Made by a program: the position numbers and the translations under genes
Notes under the pieces: model-generated
Told to the model about the DNA's origin: nothing
The model's database searches: none
Seen by the model: the letters and a program-made list of their open reading frames with translations, nothing else
In this document: positions 11,561 to 22,410 of the stretch, in pieces
How positions within the stretch are numbered: position 1 is the stretch's first letter
Layout of the letters: every line of letters begins with the position of its first letter
Origin: Candidatus Eutrophobius brisbanensis
Lineage (GTDB): Bacteria; Pseudomonadota; Gammaproteobacteria; Eutrophobiales; Eutrophobiaceae
Assembly (NCBI GenBank): GCA_038131795.1
Contig: JAYPQE010000003.1
Coordinates: 333,691 to 397,690, forward strand
DNA length: 64,000 nt
Reading direction: 5' to 3'

Positions 11561-12289
11561 ATGAAGACTGTTAGTAAATTGATTATTACAACCTTAACGC
11601 TGTTTTATGCTGCAACCGGACTTGCCCAGGATTCACCTCATTCTTTTTCAGGGAATGTAACGATGGCGACAGACTATCTGTATCGGGGACAGTCTCAGAC
11701 GGACAATAGCTTTGCTATTCAGGGTGGTTTCGATTACTCCCACGAGCTGGGTTTATACCTTGGTTCATGGGCATCTAATATTGCTTTTACCGATGATGGG
11801 GCTGAAGTGGATTTTTATGGTGGATACGCCGGTGAATTTGCCAATGGCCTGGCCTACGATATGACGGTTATCTATTATTACTATCCCGGTACGACCCGGA
11901 CTTCAGCCGGTGAGGACTTTCTCGAGTTTGGACCGAGCTTAAGTTACACCTTTGGAGGTGATTATGAGCCTTCAATCGGAGTAGGTTTACTGTACACAGA
12001 TAACTTTTCGTTTAATGCAGATGAAGGTGTCTATGTCTATGGGGACCTGGGCTTTACGCTACCCAATGATTTCGGGCTTGGATTTCACATCGGTCATCAG
12101 TCCATTAAGGATGAAGCTGCCTGGGGTACACCTGACTGGACTGAATACAATGTCAGCCTGTCTAAATCATTCATGGGCCTGGATTTCGCCGTGACTTTTT
12201 CCGATACCGATCTTAGCGAAGCGGAATGTTTTGGTGGCGGCAATATCTGTGATTCTACCGTGGTATTTTCAGTATCCGGAGGATTCTGA
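11561..12289 (+). CDS. outer-membrane beta-barrel protein of the Gcw_chp (TIGR02001-like) family
   Basis: 242 aa; signal peptide ...ATGLAQD; alternating aromatic/Gly-rich beta-strand pattern ending in an aromatic residue (F). Confidence 0.65.
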   Translation: MKTVSKLIITTLTLFYAATGLAQDSPHSFSGNVTMATDYLYRGQSQTDNSFAIQGGFDYSHELGLYLGSWASNIAFTDDGAEVDFYGGYAGEFANGLAYDMTVIYYYYPGTTRTSAGEDFLEFGPSLSYTFGGDYEPSIGVGLLYTDNFSFNADEGVYVYGDLGFTLPNDFGLGFHIGHQSIKDEAAWGTPDWTEYNVSLSKSFMGLDFAVTFSDTDLSEAECFGGGNICDSTVVFSVSGGF

Positions 12290-12372
12290 ACGCCCGGTTA
12301 TAAATTCTAAGTAGTACTTTCTGCGAGATTTGATCGTGCCCGATCAGGGCACCACCGGATCACTCGCGCTAA

Positions 12373-12729
<357 letters not shown>

Positions 12730-12758
12730 TCTAACTAATAACTCGGAGGAATATTAAA

Positions 12759-14012
12759 GTGGAAGCCATAGTTGACTTAGAAGTCAGATATGCACTTGAT
12801 ACCTTTTACTTTCTGGTAATGGGTGCATTTGTAATGTGGATGGCGGCTGGATTCTCGATGCTGGAGTCAGGGCTGGTGAGGTCCAAGAATACCGCTGAAA
12901 TTTTAACCAAGAATGTCGGTCTGTATGCCATTGCCTGCATCATGTATATGCTCATGGGCTATAACATCATGTATAGCGGTACTGACAGTAGCTTCTGGCC
13001 TGGATTAGGCGGCCTGTTAGGCGCAGATGACAACACTGCAGAGGCCGTTCTTGCAGGTGGAGATGACGCACCTTACTATTCAGGTCTGTCAGACTTTTTC
13101 TTTCAGGTAGTGTTCGTTGCCACCGCAATGTCCATTGTCTCGGGCGCCATTGCTGAACGTATGAAGCTCTGGGCATTCTTTCTCTTTGCCATAGTAATGA
13201 CTGGATTTATCTATCCGGTACAGGGTTTCTGGAAATGGGGTGGTGGCTTTCTGGATGCGAGAGGATTTCTTGATTTTGCAGGTTCCGGTGTGGTCCATCT
13301 GTGTGGTGCTGCCGCTGCCCTGGCGGGTGTATTATTGCTGGGTCCCCGCAAAGGAAAATATACCAAGGATGGCAAGGTCAATGCCATTCCCGGTGCAAAC
13401 CTGCCACTGGCCACCCTGGGTACGTTCATCCTGTGGCTGGGCTGGTTTGGCTTTAACGGTGGTTCAGAGTTGATCATATCCAACGTGGCCGAGGCCAACG
13501 CTGTCTCTCTTGTCATTGTAAATACCAATATGGCAGCAGCCGGTGGTGTGATCGCGGCATTGCTGACAGCGAGGATACTGTTTGGTAAGGCAGATCTGAC
13601 CATGACATTGAACGGGGCACTCGCCGGCCTGGTGGCCATTACCGCAGAACCCCTTACCCCCACGCCAATCCTTGCGACCATGATAGGTGCCATAGGCGGT
13701 ATCCTGGTGGTGTTTTCCATTGTTGGGCTGGATAAGCTCAAGATTGATGACCCGGTTGGCGCCATATCAGTCCATGGTGTGGTCGGTTGCTGGGGACTCA
13801 TCGCAGTTACCCTGACCAATGGTGATGCGTCATTGGGAGCCCAGTTACTGGGACTGGTAACCATCTTCCTGTGGACCTTTATTATGAGCCTGATTGTATG
13901 GGCCATTATCAAGGCCGTGATGGGTATCAGGGTCAGTGAAGAAGAAGAGTACGAAGGACTGGATGTGGCTGAATGTGGTGTAGAGGCCTACCCAGAGTTT
14001 GTGACTAACTAA
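12759..14012 (+). CDS. amt: ammonium transporter (no cleavable signal peptide)
   Basis: 417 aa; GTG start 6 bp after GGAGGA; 11 transmembrane helices; Amt signature regions (FAxxxxxISGAxAER, twin-His). Confidence 0.9.
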   Translation: MEAIVDLEVRYALDTFYFLVMGAFVMWMAAGFSMLESGLVRSKNTAEILTKNVGLYAIACIMYMLMGYNIMYSGTDSSFWPGLGGLLGADDNTAEAVLAGGDDAPYYSGLSDFFFQVVFVATAMSIVSGAIAERMKLWAFFLFAIVMTGFIYPVQGFWKWGGGFLDARGFLDFAGSGVVHLCGAAAALAGVLLLGPRKGKYTKDGKVNAIPGANLPLATLGTFILWLGWFGFNGGSELIISNVAEANAVSLVIVNTNMAAAGGVIAALLTARILFGKADLTMTLNGALAGLVAITAEPLTPTPILATMIGAIGGILVVFSIVGLDKLKIDDPVGAISVHGVVGCWGLIAVTLTNGDASLGAQLLGLVTIFLWTFIMSLIVWAIIKAVMGIRVSEEEEYEGLDVAECGVEAYPEFVTN

Positions 14013-14034
14013 AAAAACTGTCCGCGTTTGGATG

Positions 14035-14077
14035 AAAAGGGGATAGAAATGAATGTTTCTATCCCCTTTGTTTTTTT
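14035..14077 (+). terminator. Rho-independent terminator after amt1
   Basis: AAAAGGGGATAGAAA-tgaatgt-TTCTATCCCCTTTG followed by T7. Confidence 0.75.
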
Positions 14078-14125
14078 AGATAAGCGTGTATAGTATTCCG
14101 AAATATCTATGGGTAAATCTCTTGA

Positions 14126-14473
<348 letters not shown>

Positions 14474-14620
14474 GGCCAATATCGTCTCCCTATATTTTGC
14501 TCCATAAAGGGGCAACCTCTCTGTATGCTGCTACAAAGCAGTGCAAATAACGCCCATAGGCTGACCTCATAGTTTTCGTGTAAATCAATAACCTCCTGTA
14601 AATAAAGAGTATTTTTTTTC

Positions 14621-14636
14621 TGGCACATATCGTGCA
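14621..14636 (+). promoter_or_regulatory. sigma54 promoter TGGCAC-N6-TGCA upstream of glnK3-amtB2
   Basis: cTGGCACatatcgTGCAc with consensus -24/-12 spacing, about 85 bp before the GTG of glnK3. Confidence 0.6.
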
Positions 14637-14674
14637 CTGTTTTTGGTCATCAGCTGTGTTGGTGATGCATCTGA

Positions 14675-15058
<384 letters not shown>

Positions 15059-15078
15059 GGGATAGGGGAGACATACAA

Positions 15079-16371
15079 ATGAATAAATTTAGATATATTA
15101 CGCACATCTGCCTTTCCGGGATGTTATTGGCCTTACCGCAACTTGCATATGCGCAAGAGGCGATTAATAGTGCCAATACCGGATGGATCCTGACTTCCAC
15201 GGCGCTGGTTTTGTTTATGACCCTGCCCGGCCTTGCCCTGTTTTATGGCGGATTGGTCAGAAATAAAAATATCCTGTCTGTCCTGATGCAATGTTTTGCT
15301 ATCGCCTGCATGGTGTCCATCCTCTGGATGATCTTTGTATATGGGCTTGCCTTTGGTGATGGTGGCAGCATGAACAAACTGGTCGGTATGGGCATGATCT
15401 TCATGAATGGCATTGGCCTGGACAGTACCAGTGGTGATTTGCCAGAAACCGTTTTCTTTATGTTCCAGATGACCTTTGCCATTATTACCCCGGCATTAAT
15501 AGTCGGTGGCTTTGCTGAGCGTATGAAATTCTCTGCCGTACTCTGGTTCTCCGCTATCTGGTTGGTGGTGGTCTATGCCCCTGTGACCCACTGGGTATGG
15601 GGCGGTGGCTGGTTAAGCGACATGGGTTTTCTGGATTTTGCCGGAGGTGCGGTCGTGCATATCAATGCCGGTATTGCTGCAATCGTTGCCGCAAAGGTAT
15701 TGGGTAACCGTAAAGGATTTCCGACGATGGCCATGCCGCCACATAACCTGCCCATGGTGGTAACCGGTGCCTCCATGCTCTGGGTGGGGTGGTTTGGTTT
15801 CAATGCCGGGAGTGCCCTGGCTGCCGATGCCAACGCCGGTATGGCAATGACAGTAACCCATCTTTCCGCTGCCGCCGGTTCATTGGCCTGGATGGCATGT
15901 GAGTGGATCAAACATGGTAAACCCAGCGTTCTGGGTATTGTCACTGGTATGGTTGCCGGGTTGGGCACAATTACCCCGGCGTCGGGTTTTGTTGGACCTA
16001 TCGGTGGTTTATGTATTGGACTCATCGCGGGTGTGGTTTGCTACTTCGCAACGCAATTCATAAAGCGCGGTCTTAAGATTGACGATTCCCTGGATGTTTT
16101 TCCTGTCCACGGTGTCGGCGGTATCCTGGGGACCATGTTGACGGCTGTTTTTGCTGCAGAATCCATGGGTGGATTGGGACTTGATGTTTCAATTGGGTCA
16201 CAGTTGGTCACCCAGGCTATAGGCGTGGTCGCCACCATCGTCTGGTGCGGTATTGCCAGCTTTATAATCCTCAAATTAGTGGATGCCATGGTAGGTCTTC
16301 GTGTGACCGAGGAAGAGGAAACCGAAGGGCTGGATCTGGTACTGCATGATGAGCGAGGATATAATTTTTAG
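15079..16371 (+). CDS. amtB: ammonium transporter AmtB-type with N-terminal signal peptide
   Basis: 430 aa; signal peptide ...LAYAQEA, then Amt core; 18 bp after glnK3. Confidence 0.9.
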   Translation: MNKFRYITHICLSGMLLALPQLAYAQEAINSANTGWILTSTALVLFMTLPGLALFYGGLVRNKNILSVLMQCFAIACMVSILWMIFVYGLAFGDGGSMNKLVGMGMIFMNGIGLDSTSGDLPETVFFMFQMTFAIITPALIVGGFAERMKFSAVLWFSAIWLVVVYAPVTHWVWGGGWLSDMGFLDFAGGAVVHINAGIAAIVAAKVLGNRKGFPTMAMPPHNLPMVVTGASMLWVGWFGFNAGSALAADANAGMAMTVTHLSAAAGSLAWMACEWIKHGKPSVLGIVTGMVAGLGTITPASGFVGPIGGLCIGLIAGVVCYFATQFIKRGLKIDDSLDVFPVHGVGGILGTMLTAVFAAESMGGLGLDVSIGSQLVTQAIGVVATIVWCGIASFIILKLVDAMVGLRVTEEEETEGLDLVLHDERGYNF

Positions 16372-16395
16372 GCTTATAACTGGAAATTCACTTAT

Positions 16396-16422
16396 AACGG
16401 GCGCATAGCGCCCGTTTTTTTT
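16396..16422 (+). terminator. Rho-independent terminator after amtB2
   Basis: AACGGGCGC-ata-GCGCCCG followed by T8. Confidence 0.75.
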
Positions 16423-16564
16423 GTCTAAATTCAAGATTTCGTTCAGGATATAAAGCGTGCTTAAATGCCGGGAGAACCGGATTTATTGTTCCATTAAGAG
16501 CGTTCTAGGCTTAAAATAGCAGTTTATATTTTATGGACAAGAAAATTCGTACATCTGAGGAACC

Positions 16565-17608
16565 ATGGCAAATCTAATCGACAAAACAATACTAAAATCT
16601 TTTGTACCGCCCAATGCCCTGATTCATGAAAACTTTGAAGAATTGGCTTCAAAGACATTTGTGGAAGAAGTACCTGCGGGCAGGGCAATATTCAATGCCG
16701 GTGATACGGATAAACAAGCAGTCTACCTGGTTGATGGTGAGGTGGAACTAAAGGCTACCGATGGTGCGGTTTCCATCGTTAAGGCCGGCAGTGATCAGGC
16801 CAAACATGCCATGTCCAACCTTCAGCCACGCAGACATACGGCCACGACCAAGTCTGCATGCAAGATTACCCGCATCGATAGTGATCTGCTGGACATACTC
16901 ATGACCTGGGACCAGATGTCTGGCATTGAGGTAGATGAAATTGTTGAAGAGGAATCGGATGAGGATGAAGGTGGTGACTGGATGACCCGAATCCTTCAAT
17001 CAAAGGCCTTTATGCAGATCCCGCCAGGAAATATCCAGGCAATCTTCATGCGCATGCAGGAAGTCCCGGTCAAAGCCGGTGAGACCATCATCAAGCAGGG
17101 TGATGATGGTGACTTTTACTACATAATCAATAAAGGAAAATGTAAAGTCACCAAGCCCTCCAAGACTGCCACGGAACTGACCCTGGCAACGCTGAGTGAT
17201 GGCGATGCCTTTGGTGAAGAGGCCTTATTATCTGAGGCAAAGCGTAACGCCAATATTGTCATGGTGACAGATGGCGTATTGATGCGCCTGTCCAAGGAAG
17301 ATTTTAATGAATTATTAAAAGAGCCCATGCTCAGTTGGGTCACCCGGGAAGAGGGGGACAAAATGGTGGCCGATGGATCGGCAGTGTGGGTAGATGTCCG
17401 TCTTGAAAGTGAATTTAAAAACAACGGTATTGAAGGCGCCCAGAACATTCCGCTGTTTATGTTGAGAATGAAGGCGGACAAGCTGGATCCCAGCAAAAAC
17501 TATATCCTCTACTGCGACACGGGTCGTCGAAGTTCTGCGGGTGCATTCCTGCTGACAGAAAGAGGCCTCAGTACCAGTTGCCTTAAGGGCGGTTTGCAAG
17601 GCGGATAA
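16565..17608 (+). CDS. tandem cyclic-nucleotide-binding domain protein with a C-terminal rhodanese domain
   Basis: Two cNMP-binding (CAP-effector) domain segments (GDxFGExAL block in the second; the first shows the overall fold), followed by a rhodanese fold (YCDTGRRS active-site loop). Confidence 0.75.
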   Translation: MANLIDKTILKSFVPPNALIHENFEELASKTFVEEVPAGRAIFNAGDTDKQAVYLVDGEVELKATDGAVSIVKAGSDQAKHAMSNLQPRRHTATTKSACKITRIDSDLLDILMTWDQMSGIEVDEIVEEESDEDEGGDWMTRILQSKAFMQIPPGNIQAIFMRMQEVPVKAGETIIKQGDDGDFYYIINKGKCKVTKPSKTATELTLATLSDGDAFGEEALLSEAKRNANIVMVTDGVLMRLSKEDFNELLKEPMLSWVTREEGDKMVADGSAVWVDVRLESEFKNNGIEGAQNIPLFMLRMKADKLDPSKNYILYCDTGRRSSAGAFLLTERGLSTSCLKGGLQGG

Positions 17609-17672
17609 TTTCCAACATTACCATTAAAATTGGTATTCTTGGAACTCCCACCCCTATTTTTGTTTTGAATCC

Positions 17673-18548
17673 ATGAGTTCAGCTGACACTGCAATCCTGA
17701 ACCTTGTCCTCGATTCTGATCGAGATAACTATGCAGTCATGGGTAACCCTGTTGCCCATAGTAAATCCCCCCTAATTCATCAGGCCTTTGCAGAGCAGAC
17801 CGGCCAGTCCATTCATTACCAGGCAATCCACGTCCCAGAGGGGCAATTTGAAGAGGCGGTCAATCAATTCAGAACCATGGGGGGCAAGGGCCTGAATGTG
17901 ACTGTTCCCTATAAAGAAGAGGCATTCAACCTGTGTGATCATCTGTCCTCCCGTGCAACAGTCGCAAAGGCCGTTAACACCATTATCTTTTCAGCAGACG
18001 GTGGCATCATAGGCGACAATACCGATGGTGTAGGGATCACGGTAGATCTGATGAAAAATAAAATTTCATTGCGTGACAGACGGGTATTGATACTGGGTGC
18101 AGGTGGTGCCGTGAGAGGTGTCATGGGGCCGCTATGTGACCAGCGTCCGGCAGACATTATGATAGCCAACCGAACTGTGAGCAAGGCGGAGGAACTCGTA
18201 GAACATTTCCAGGAAGAGAGTATTACTGCATGCGGATTGGACGAGCTCGAGTCACTGGGCAGTTTTGATGTGATTATTAATGGAACATCGTCGGGACTTA
18301 AGGGTGAGTTGCCACTATTACCCCCTTCAATAATCTCCACCGAGACCTGCTGTTATGACATGGTCTATGGTGATACGGAGACGGTATTTTATCAATGGGC
18401 CAGAGAGCAGGGTGCGAGGGTAACACTGGATGGCCTGGGGATGCTGGTTGAGCAGGCGGCAGAGGCATTTTATATCTGGCGGGGCGTGAAGCCTAAGACA
18501 GGTCAGGTAATCGATTTGTTAAGGAAAGGTGTGAAGAGTGAGGGGTGA
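17673..18548 (+). CDS. aroE: shikimate dehydrogenase
   Basis: YAVMGNPVAHSKSPLIH...NVTVPYK...GAGGA Rossmann motif; the true start may be downstream of 17673. Confidence 0.9.
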   Translation: MSSADTAILNLVLDSDRDNYAVMGNPVAHSKSPLIHQAFAEQTGQSIHYQAIHVPEGQFEEAVNQFRTMGGKGLNVTVPYKEEAFNLCDHLSSRATVAKAVNTIIFSADGGIIGDNTDGVGITVDLMKNKISLRDRRVLILGAGGAVRGVMGPLCDQRPADIMIANRTVSKAEELVEHFQEESITACGLDELESLGSFDVIINGTSSGLKGELPLLPPSIISTETCCYDMVYGDTETVFYQWAREQGARVTLDGLGMLVEQAAEAFYIWRGVKPKTGQVIDLLRKGVKSEG

Positions 18549-18792
18549 GGAGTGAGGAGTCTGCTTTTGTCAGAAGCGGACACTGAATACATAACGTCAT
18601 AAGTACAAAACTCACCTTGGCGAACATTACCAACCGTCGTCATTACCGCGGACGCCTACATGGATGTAGGCGGTAGAGCGACGCAGGAGCCAAAGCCGAG
18701 GCGGGAATGCAAGCTCATTAATTTTTACTCTGACCCCAAATATTTGATAGATTTAACTTGATTAATAATCTCATATCATAGGAGCATAGGTT

Positions 18793-19722
18793 ATGCTGAA
18801 ATTATCGAGAAGGGGCCTGTTGAAATCCATCTGTGGCTCCGTTGCAGCCATGAACTTATCACCCAGGTCCTTACTAGCATCCAATCATAAAATGCTCACT
18901 CATCGGATTCCTTCTTCCGGAGAACCATTGGCCATAGTTGGAATGGGAACATTTAGAACCTTTGATGCTGGAAATGATAAAGCACTACATACTCAATTAA
19001 CGAAAGTACTGCAGACCTTTTTCGACTATGGAGGTGAACTGATTGATACCTCTCCGCACTATGACACCTCTGAAGAGACTACCGGCAATTTGCTGAAAAA
19101 TATAAATAATAAAAATGACTTGTTCACTGCTACAAAAATACGAACCGATGAAGGCCGTCAGGCGGGTATAAACCAGATGCATGGTTCCATGGCCAGGTTG
19201 GATGTCCCGGTTATAGATCTGTTGCAAATTCATAACCTTGTCGATTGGGAAACGCATATAAAGACACTAAGGGTAGCGAAACAGAGCGGCAAGATCCGTT
19301 ATCTTGGCATAACCACTTCTCAGGGGCGTGATCACCAGGAATTTGTTGATGTCATGAGGAAGGAAGATCTGGATTTTGTTCAATTCAGTTACAATATTAT
19401 TCATCGCCATGCAGAGAAAGAGATCTTCCCTATTGCAGCAGACAAAGGTATTGCGACATTAATCAACATGCCTTTTCAGAGAGGTGAACTCTTCAAGAGG
19501 ACAGCGAGCCAGCCATTGCCGGACTGGGCATCGGAAATTGATTGCTCCAGTTGGGCCCAAATTTTTCTCAAATATGCCGTATCACACCCGGCAGCCACCT
19601 GCGTTATTCCCGCAACCTCCAGCATTAAACACATGCAGGACAACATGAAGGCTGGATACGGGCGCCTGCCGGATGCGGAATTGCGCAAGCGCATGGAAAA
19701 GGATTTTGAGTCATTAATTTAA
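18793..19722 (+). CDS. aldo/keto reductase with a twin-arginine (Tat) signal
   Basis: SRRGLLK Tat motif, then an AKR fold (IDTSPHY, YLGITTS). Confidence 0.75.
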   Translation: MLKLSRRGLLKSICGSVAAMNLSPRSLLASNHKMLTHRIPSSGEPLAIVGMGTFRTFDAGNDKALHTQLTKVLQTFFDYGGELIDTSPHYDTSEETTGNLLKNINNKNDLFTATKIRTDEGRQAGINQMHGSMARLDVPVIDLLQIHNLVDWETHIKTLRVAKQSGKIRYLGITTSQGRDHQEFVDVMRKEDLDFVQFSYNIIHRHAEKEIFPIAADKGIATLINMPFQRGELFKRTASQPLPDWASEIDCSSWAQIFLKYAVSHPAATCVIPATSSIKHMQDNMKAGYGRLPDAELRKRMEKDFESLI

Positions 19723-19747
19723 ATTATGGGGACAGATTTATTTTTTC

Positions 19748-21061
19748 TTACAATCCATGAATTTCATCCATCATATCCGGTAACCAGGTGACAATATCGG
19801 GAAATGCGATTAGTACAATGATGGTGACAAGCTGAATAAGTACAAAGGGAATGATGCCCTGGTAGATATGGTGTATGCGTATGTCTTTGGGTGCGACGGC
19901 CTTGAGATAAAACAGGGAAAACCCAAAGGGTGGGGTGAGAAATGAAGTCTGCAGGTTCATGGCAATGAGGATGGCCAGCCATAAGAGATCTATCCCCAAA
20001 GCCGAGGCGATGGGTGTGAGTATGGGGACGACGATAAAACAGATCTCCAGGAAATCCAGGAAGAAACCCAGTATAAAGATTAACATCATACTCACAATCA
20101 GAAACCCCCATTCACCACCGGGCAGTCCGGTCATGACGTCAAACACAAATTTATTTCCGCCAATGCCATTAAACACCAGGCTAAAGGCACGGGCGCAGAC
20201 CAGGATTAAAAACACCATACTGGTCAGACGGGTGGTTAACTGTACGGCCTCTCTTAGATTTTGCAGGGTCAATTTCCTGTGCAAGGCAGATAATACCATT
20301 GCACCTATGGCACCAATGGCCGCTGACTCGGTAGGCGAGGCAATACCGAAGAAGATGGACCCCAAAACGCAGACCACCAGTATCAGTGGAGGAAGCAAGG
20401 TGAAGAGCATTTGCGGAACGGATTTTTCGTTGTCATGGGTCTGTATCGCCGGTGCCATCTCCGGGTTTAATGTGGCACGAATACTGATATAGATTATAAA
20501 CATCAATACCAGTACCCCACCGGGGACCACGGCCCCCATGAATAATCTACCCACCGGGACACCCATCACATCGCCAATTAAAATCAAGATGATACTGGGG
20601 GGAATGATCTGCCCCAGTGTCCCTGCTGCAGCAATGGTGCCGGTAGACAGTTCCCGGGAGTAGTTATGGTTTAGCATGGTGGGCAATGCAATGATACCCA
20701 TGGTGACAACCGTTGCACCCACTACACCGGTGGTCGCCCCCAGTAGGGCACCGACAATGACCACGGACAATGCCAGCCCGCCTTTCAGTTTGCCACATAA
20801 CATACCCATAGTTTCAATCAGCTCCCGGGCAAGTCCAGATTTATCCAGGATGATCCCCATAAAAATAAACAGGGGCACGGCGAGCAGGGTGAAGTTGGTC
20901 ATGACACCCCAGATCTGCAGCGGCAGCAGGTCAAAGAAACCGATGCCCAGTATGGTGGTACCAAATATCAGGGCCACGGCCCCAAGGGTAAAGGCAACGG
21001 GAAAGCCCACAAACAAGAGGGCAATCATGCTGATAAACATGAGTATGATCCAGACGGTCAT
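19748..21061 (-). CDS. dctM: TRAP transporter large permease
   Basis: 437 aa; DctM family, 12 or more transmembrane helices. Confidence 0.9.
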   Translation of the reverse strand: MTVWIILMFISMIALLFVGFPVAFTLGAVALIFGTTILGIGFFDLLPLQIWGVMTNFTLLAVPLFIFMGIILDKSGLARELIETMGMLCGKLKGGLALSVVIVGALLGATTGVVGATVVTMGIIALPTMLNHNYSRELSTGTIAAAGTLGQIIPPSIILILIGDVMGVPVGRLFMGAVVPGGVLVLMFIIYISIRATLNPEMAPAIQTHDNEKSVPQMLFTLLPPLILVVCVLGSIFFGIASPTESAAIGAIGAMVLSALHRKLTLQNLREAVQLTTRLTSMVFLILVCARAFSLVFNGIGGNKFVFDVMTGLPGGEWGFLIVSMMLIFILGFFLDFLEICFIVVPILTPIASALGIDLLWLAILIAMNLQTSFLTPPFGFSLFYLKAVAPKDIRIHHIYQGIIPFVLIQLVTIIVLIAFPDIVTWLPDMMDEIHGL

Positions 21062-21591
21062 TTATTGTCTTCCAGGATGGTAAACAAATTTCTGATCATA
21101 TACGCCACGGCCTGTATGAGTAACAGGATGAAACACAGGGGGATGGTGGATTTTATGACCCACCGGTAGGGTAGTCCCCCGGGATCCGGTGAACCTTCAT
21201 TGTGTATATAGGCCAGGTGAATAAACTGCCATGAGGAGGTGATTACCAGCACAGCAAACGGTATCAAAAAGAAAATACAGCCCAGGAAATTCACCCATGC
21301 CCGCCGGTAATCATTCATGAATTTATTCTGGTACATAAGGTCCAGCCTGACATGATCATCGTGTTTAAACGTATAGGCGGCACCGAGCAGAAATATCATG
21401 GAGAACAGGTGCCACTCCAACTCCTGTATTGCGATGGAACCACTTTGAAACAGGTAACGCATGGTGACGTCATATCCCACCAGGATGACCAATACCAGCA
21501 CCAGCCAGGATACGGCCTGACCGATATTTTCGATTACGGATTCCAGGATGTCAGCAATCTTTTCAAGAATTTTTATTATTTTATTATTCAA
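21058..21591 (-). CDS. dctQ: TRAP transporter small permease
   Basis: 177 aa; 4-TM DctQ family; overlaps the dctM start; only 22 bp downstream of rsmA. Confidence 0.85.
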   Translation of the reverse strand: MNNKIIKILEKIADILESVIENIGQAVSWLVLVLVILVGYDVTMRYLFQSGSIAIQELEWHLFSMIFLLGAAYTFKHDDHVRLDLMYQNKFMNDYRRAWVNFLGCIFFLIPFAVLVITSSWQFIHLAYIHNEGSPDPGGLPYRWVIKSTIPLCFILLLIQAVAYMIRNLFTILEDNK

Positions 21592-21613
21592 ACTGCTTCT
21601 CTTGCTTGTAATG

Positions 21614-22405
21614 CTAGTGGCCAGTCGCGGTCTGTGAATTATACAGGTAATTGGATAGCCTGATATAGGTGTCTACATCAATGGTCTCAGGTCGAGCTTC
21701 AGCTTCAATACCAACAGCTTCGAGTATAACTTCATCGACGATCCCCTTTAATGCATTTTTGATGGTTTTTCTGCGTTTTGAAAATGCCAGCCTTACCAGC
21801 TTTTTGAATGTCTCCAACGTGGCAGGGGGGATAGCTGGATTGTCCAACGGTGTCAGCCTGATAATAGTTGATCTGACTTTGGGTGGTGGATTGAATGCCT
21901 GTGGCTCTACGTCAAACAATGGAGACACATGACACATGGACTGGACCATAATGGACAGGCGACCATACGCCTTGCTACCGGGTGAACCGCAAATCCTGTC
22001 TGCGACTTCTTTTTGTAACATGAAAAGCATTTGTTTAATACAGCTTATCTGTTCTAGTAAATGAAACAATAATGGAGTTGAAATATTGTATGGGAGATTG
22101 CCGATAATTCTCAGGTCTGTCCCCAGGGAACTGCAAAAATTAAATTTCAATGCATCAACATTATATATGTTCAATTTATTGCTATTATCAATTGACTTCA
22201 GGTAATCAACCAGGTCCCTGTCAATTTCTATTACATGCAATCGTTCTGTATTTTCTAATAGTATTCGGGTGAGTGCGCCTCTTCCCGGCCCAATTTCAAC
22301 CAGGTCACCGGTGTCATTGAAATCCAGTTCATCAATTATTCTTTTGATGACCGTTTGATCGGTGAGGAAATGCTGTCCAAATCGTTTACGGGCACGCACT
22401 GGCAT
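21614..22405 (-). CDS. rsmA: 16S rRNA (adenine1518/1519-N6)-dimethyltransferase
   Basis: KRFGQHFL...EIGPGRGALT KsgA signature. Confidence 0.95.
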   Translation of the reverse strand: MPVRARKRFGQHFLTDQTVIKRIIDELDFNDTGDLVEIGPGRGALTRILLENTERLHVIEIDRDLVDYLKSIDNSNKLNIYNVDALKFNFCSSLGTDLRIIGNLPYNISTPLLFHLLEQISCIKQMLFMLQKEVADRICGSPGSKAYGRLSIMVQSMCHVSPLFDVEPQAFNPPPKVRSTIIRLTPLDNPAIPPATLETFKKLVRLAFSKRRKTIKNALKGIVDEVILEAVGIEAEARPETIDVDTYIRLSNYLYNSQTATGH

Positions 22406-22410
22406 TGAAG

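Noticed and set aside
12330-12352. Inverted repeat GTGCCCGATCAGGGCAC upstream of glnK1 as a possible NtrC site or sigma54 promoter
   Set aside because: It does not fit TGCACC-N5-GGTGCA well and no -24/-12 element is nearby. glnK1 is more plausibly served by the upstream sigma54 promoter at 11494, or by readthrough.
19935-21083. Antisense ORFs within dctM (19935..20492+, 20676..21083+, 19764..20111-)
   Set aside because: Low-complexity translations opposite a polytopic membrane-protein gene; no support.
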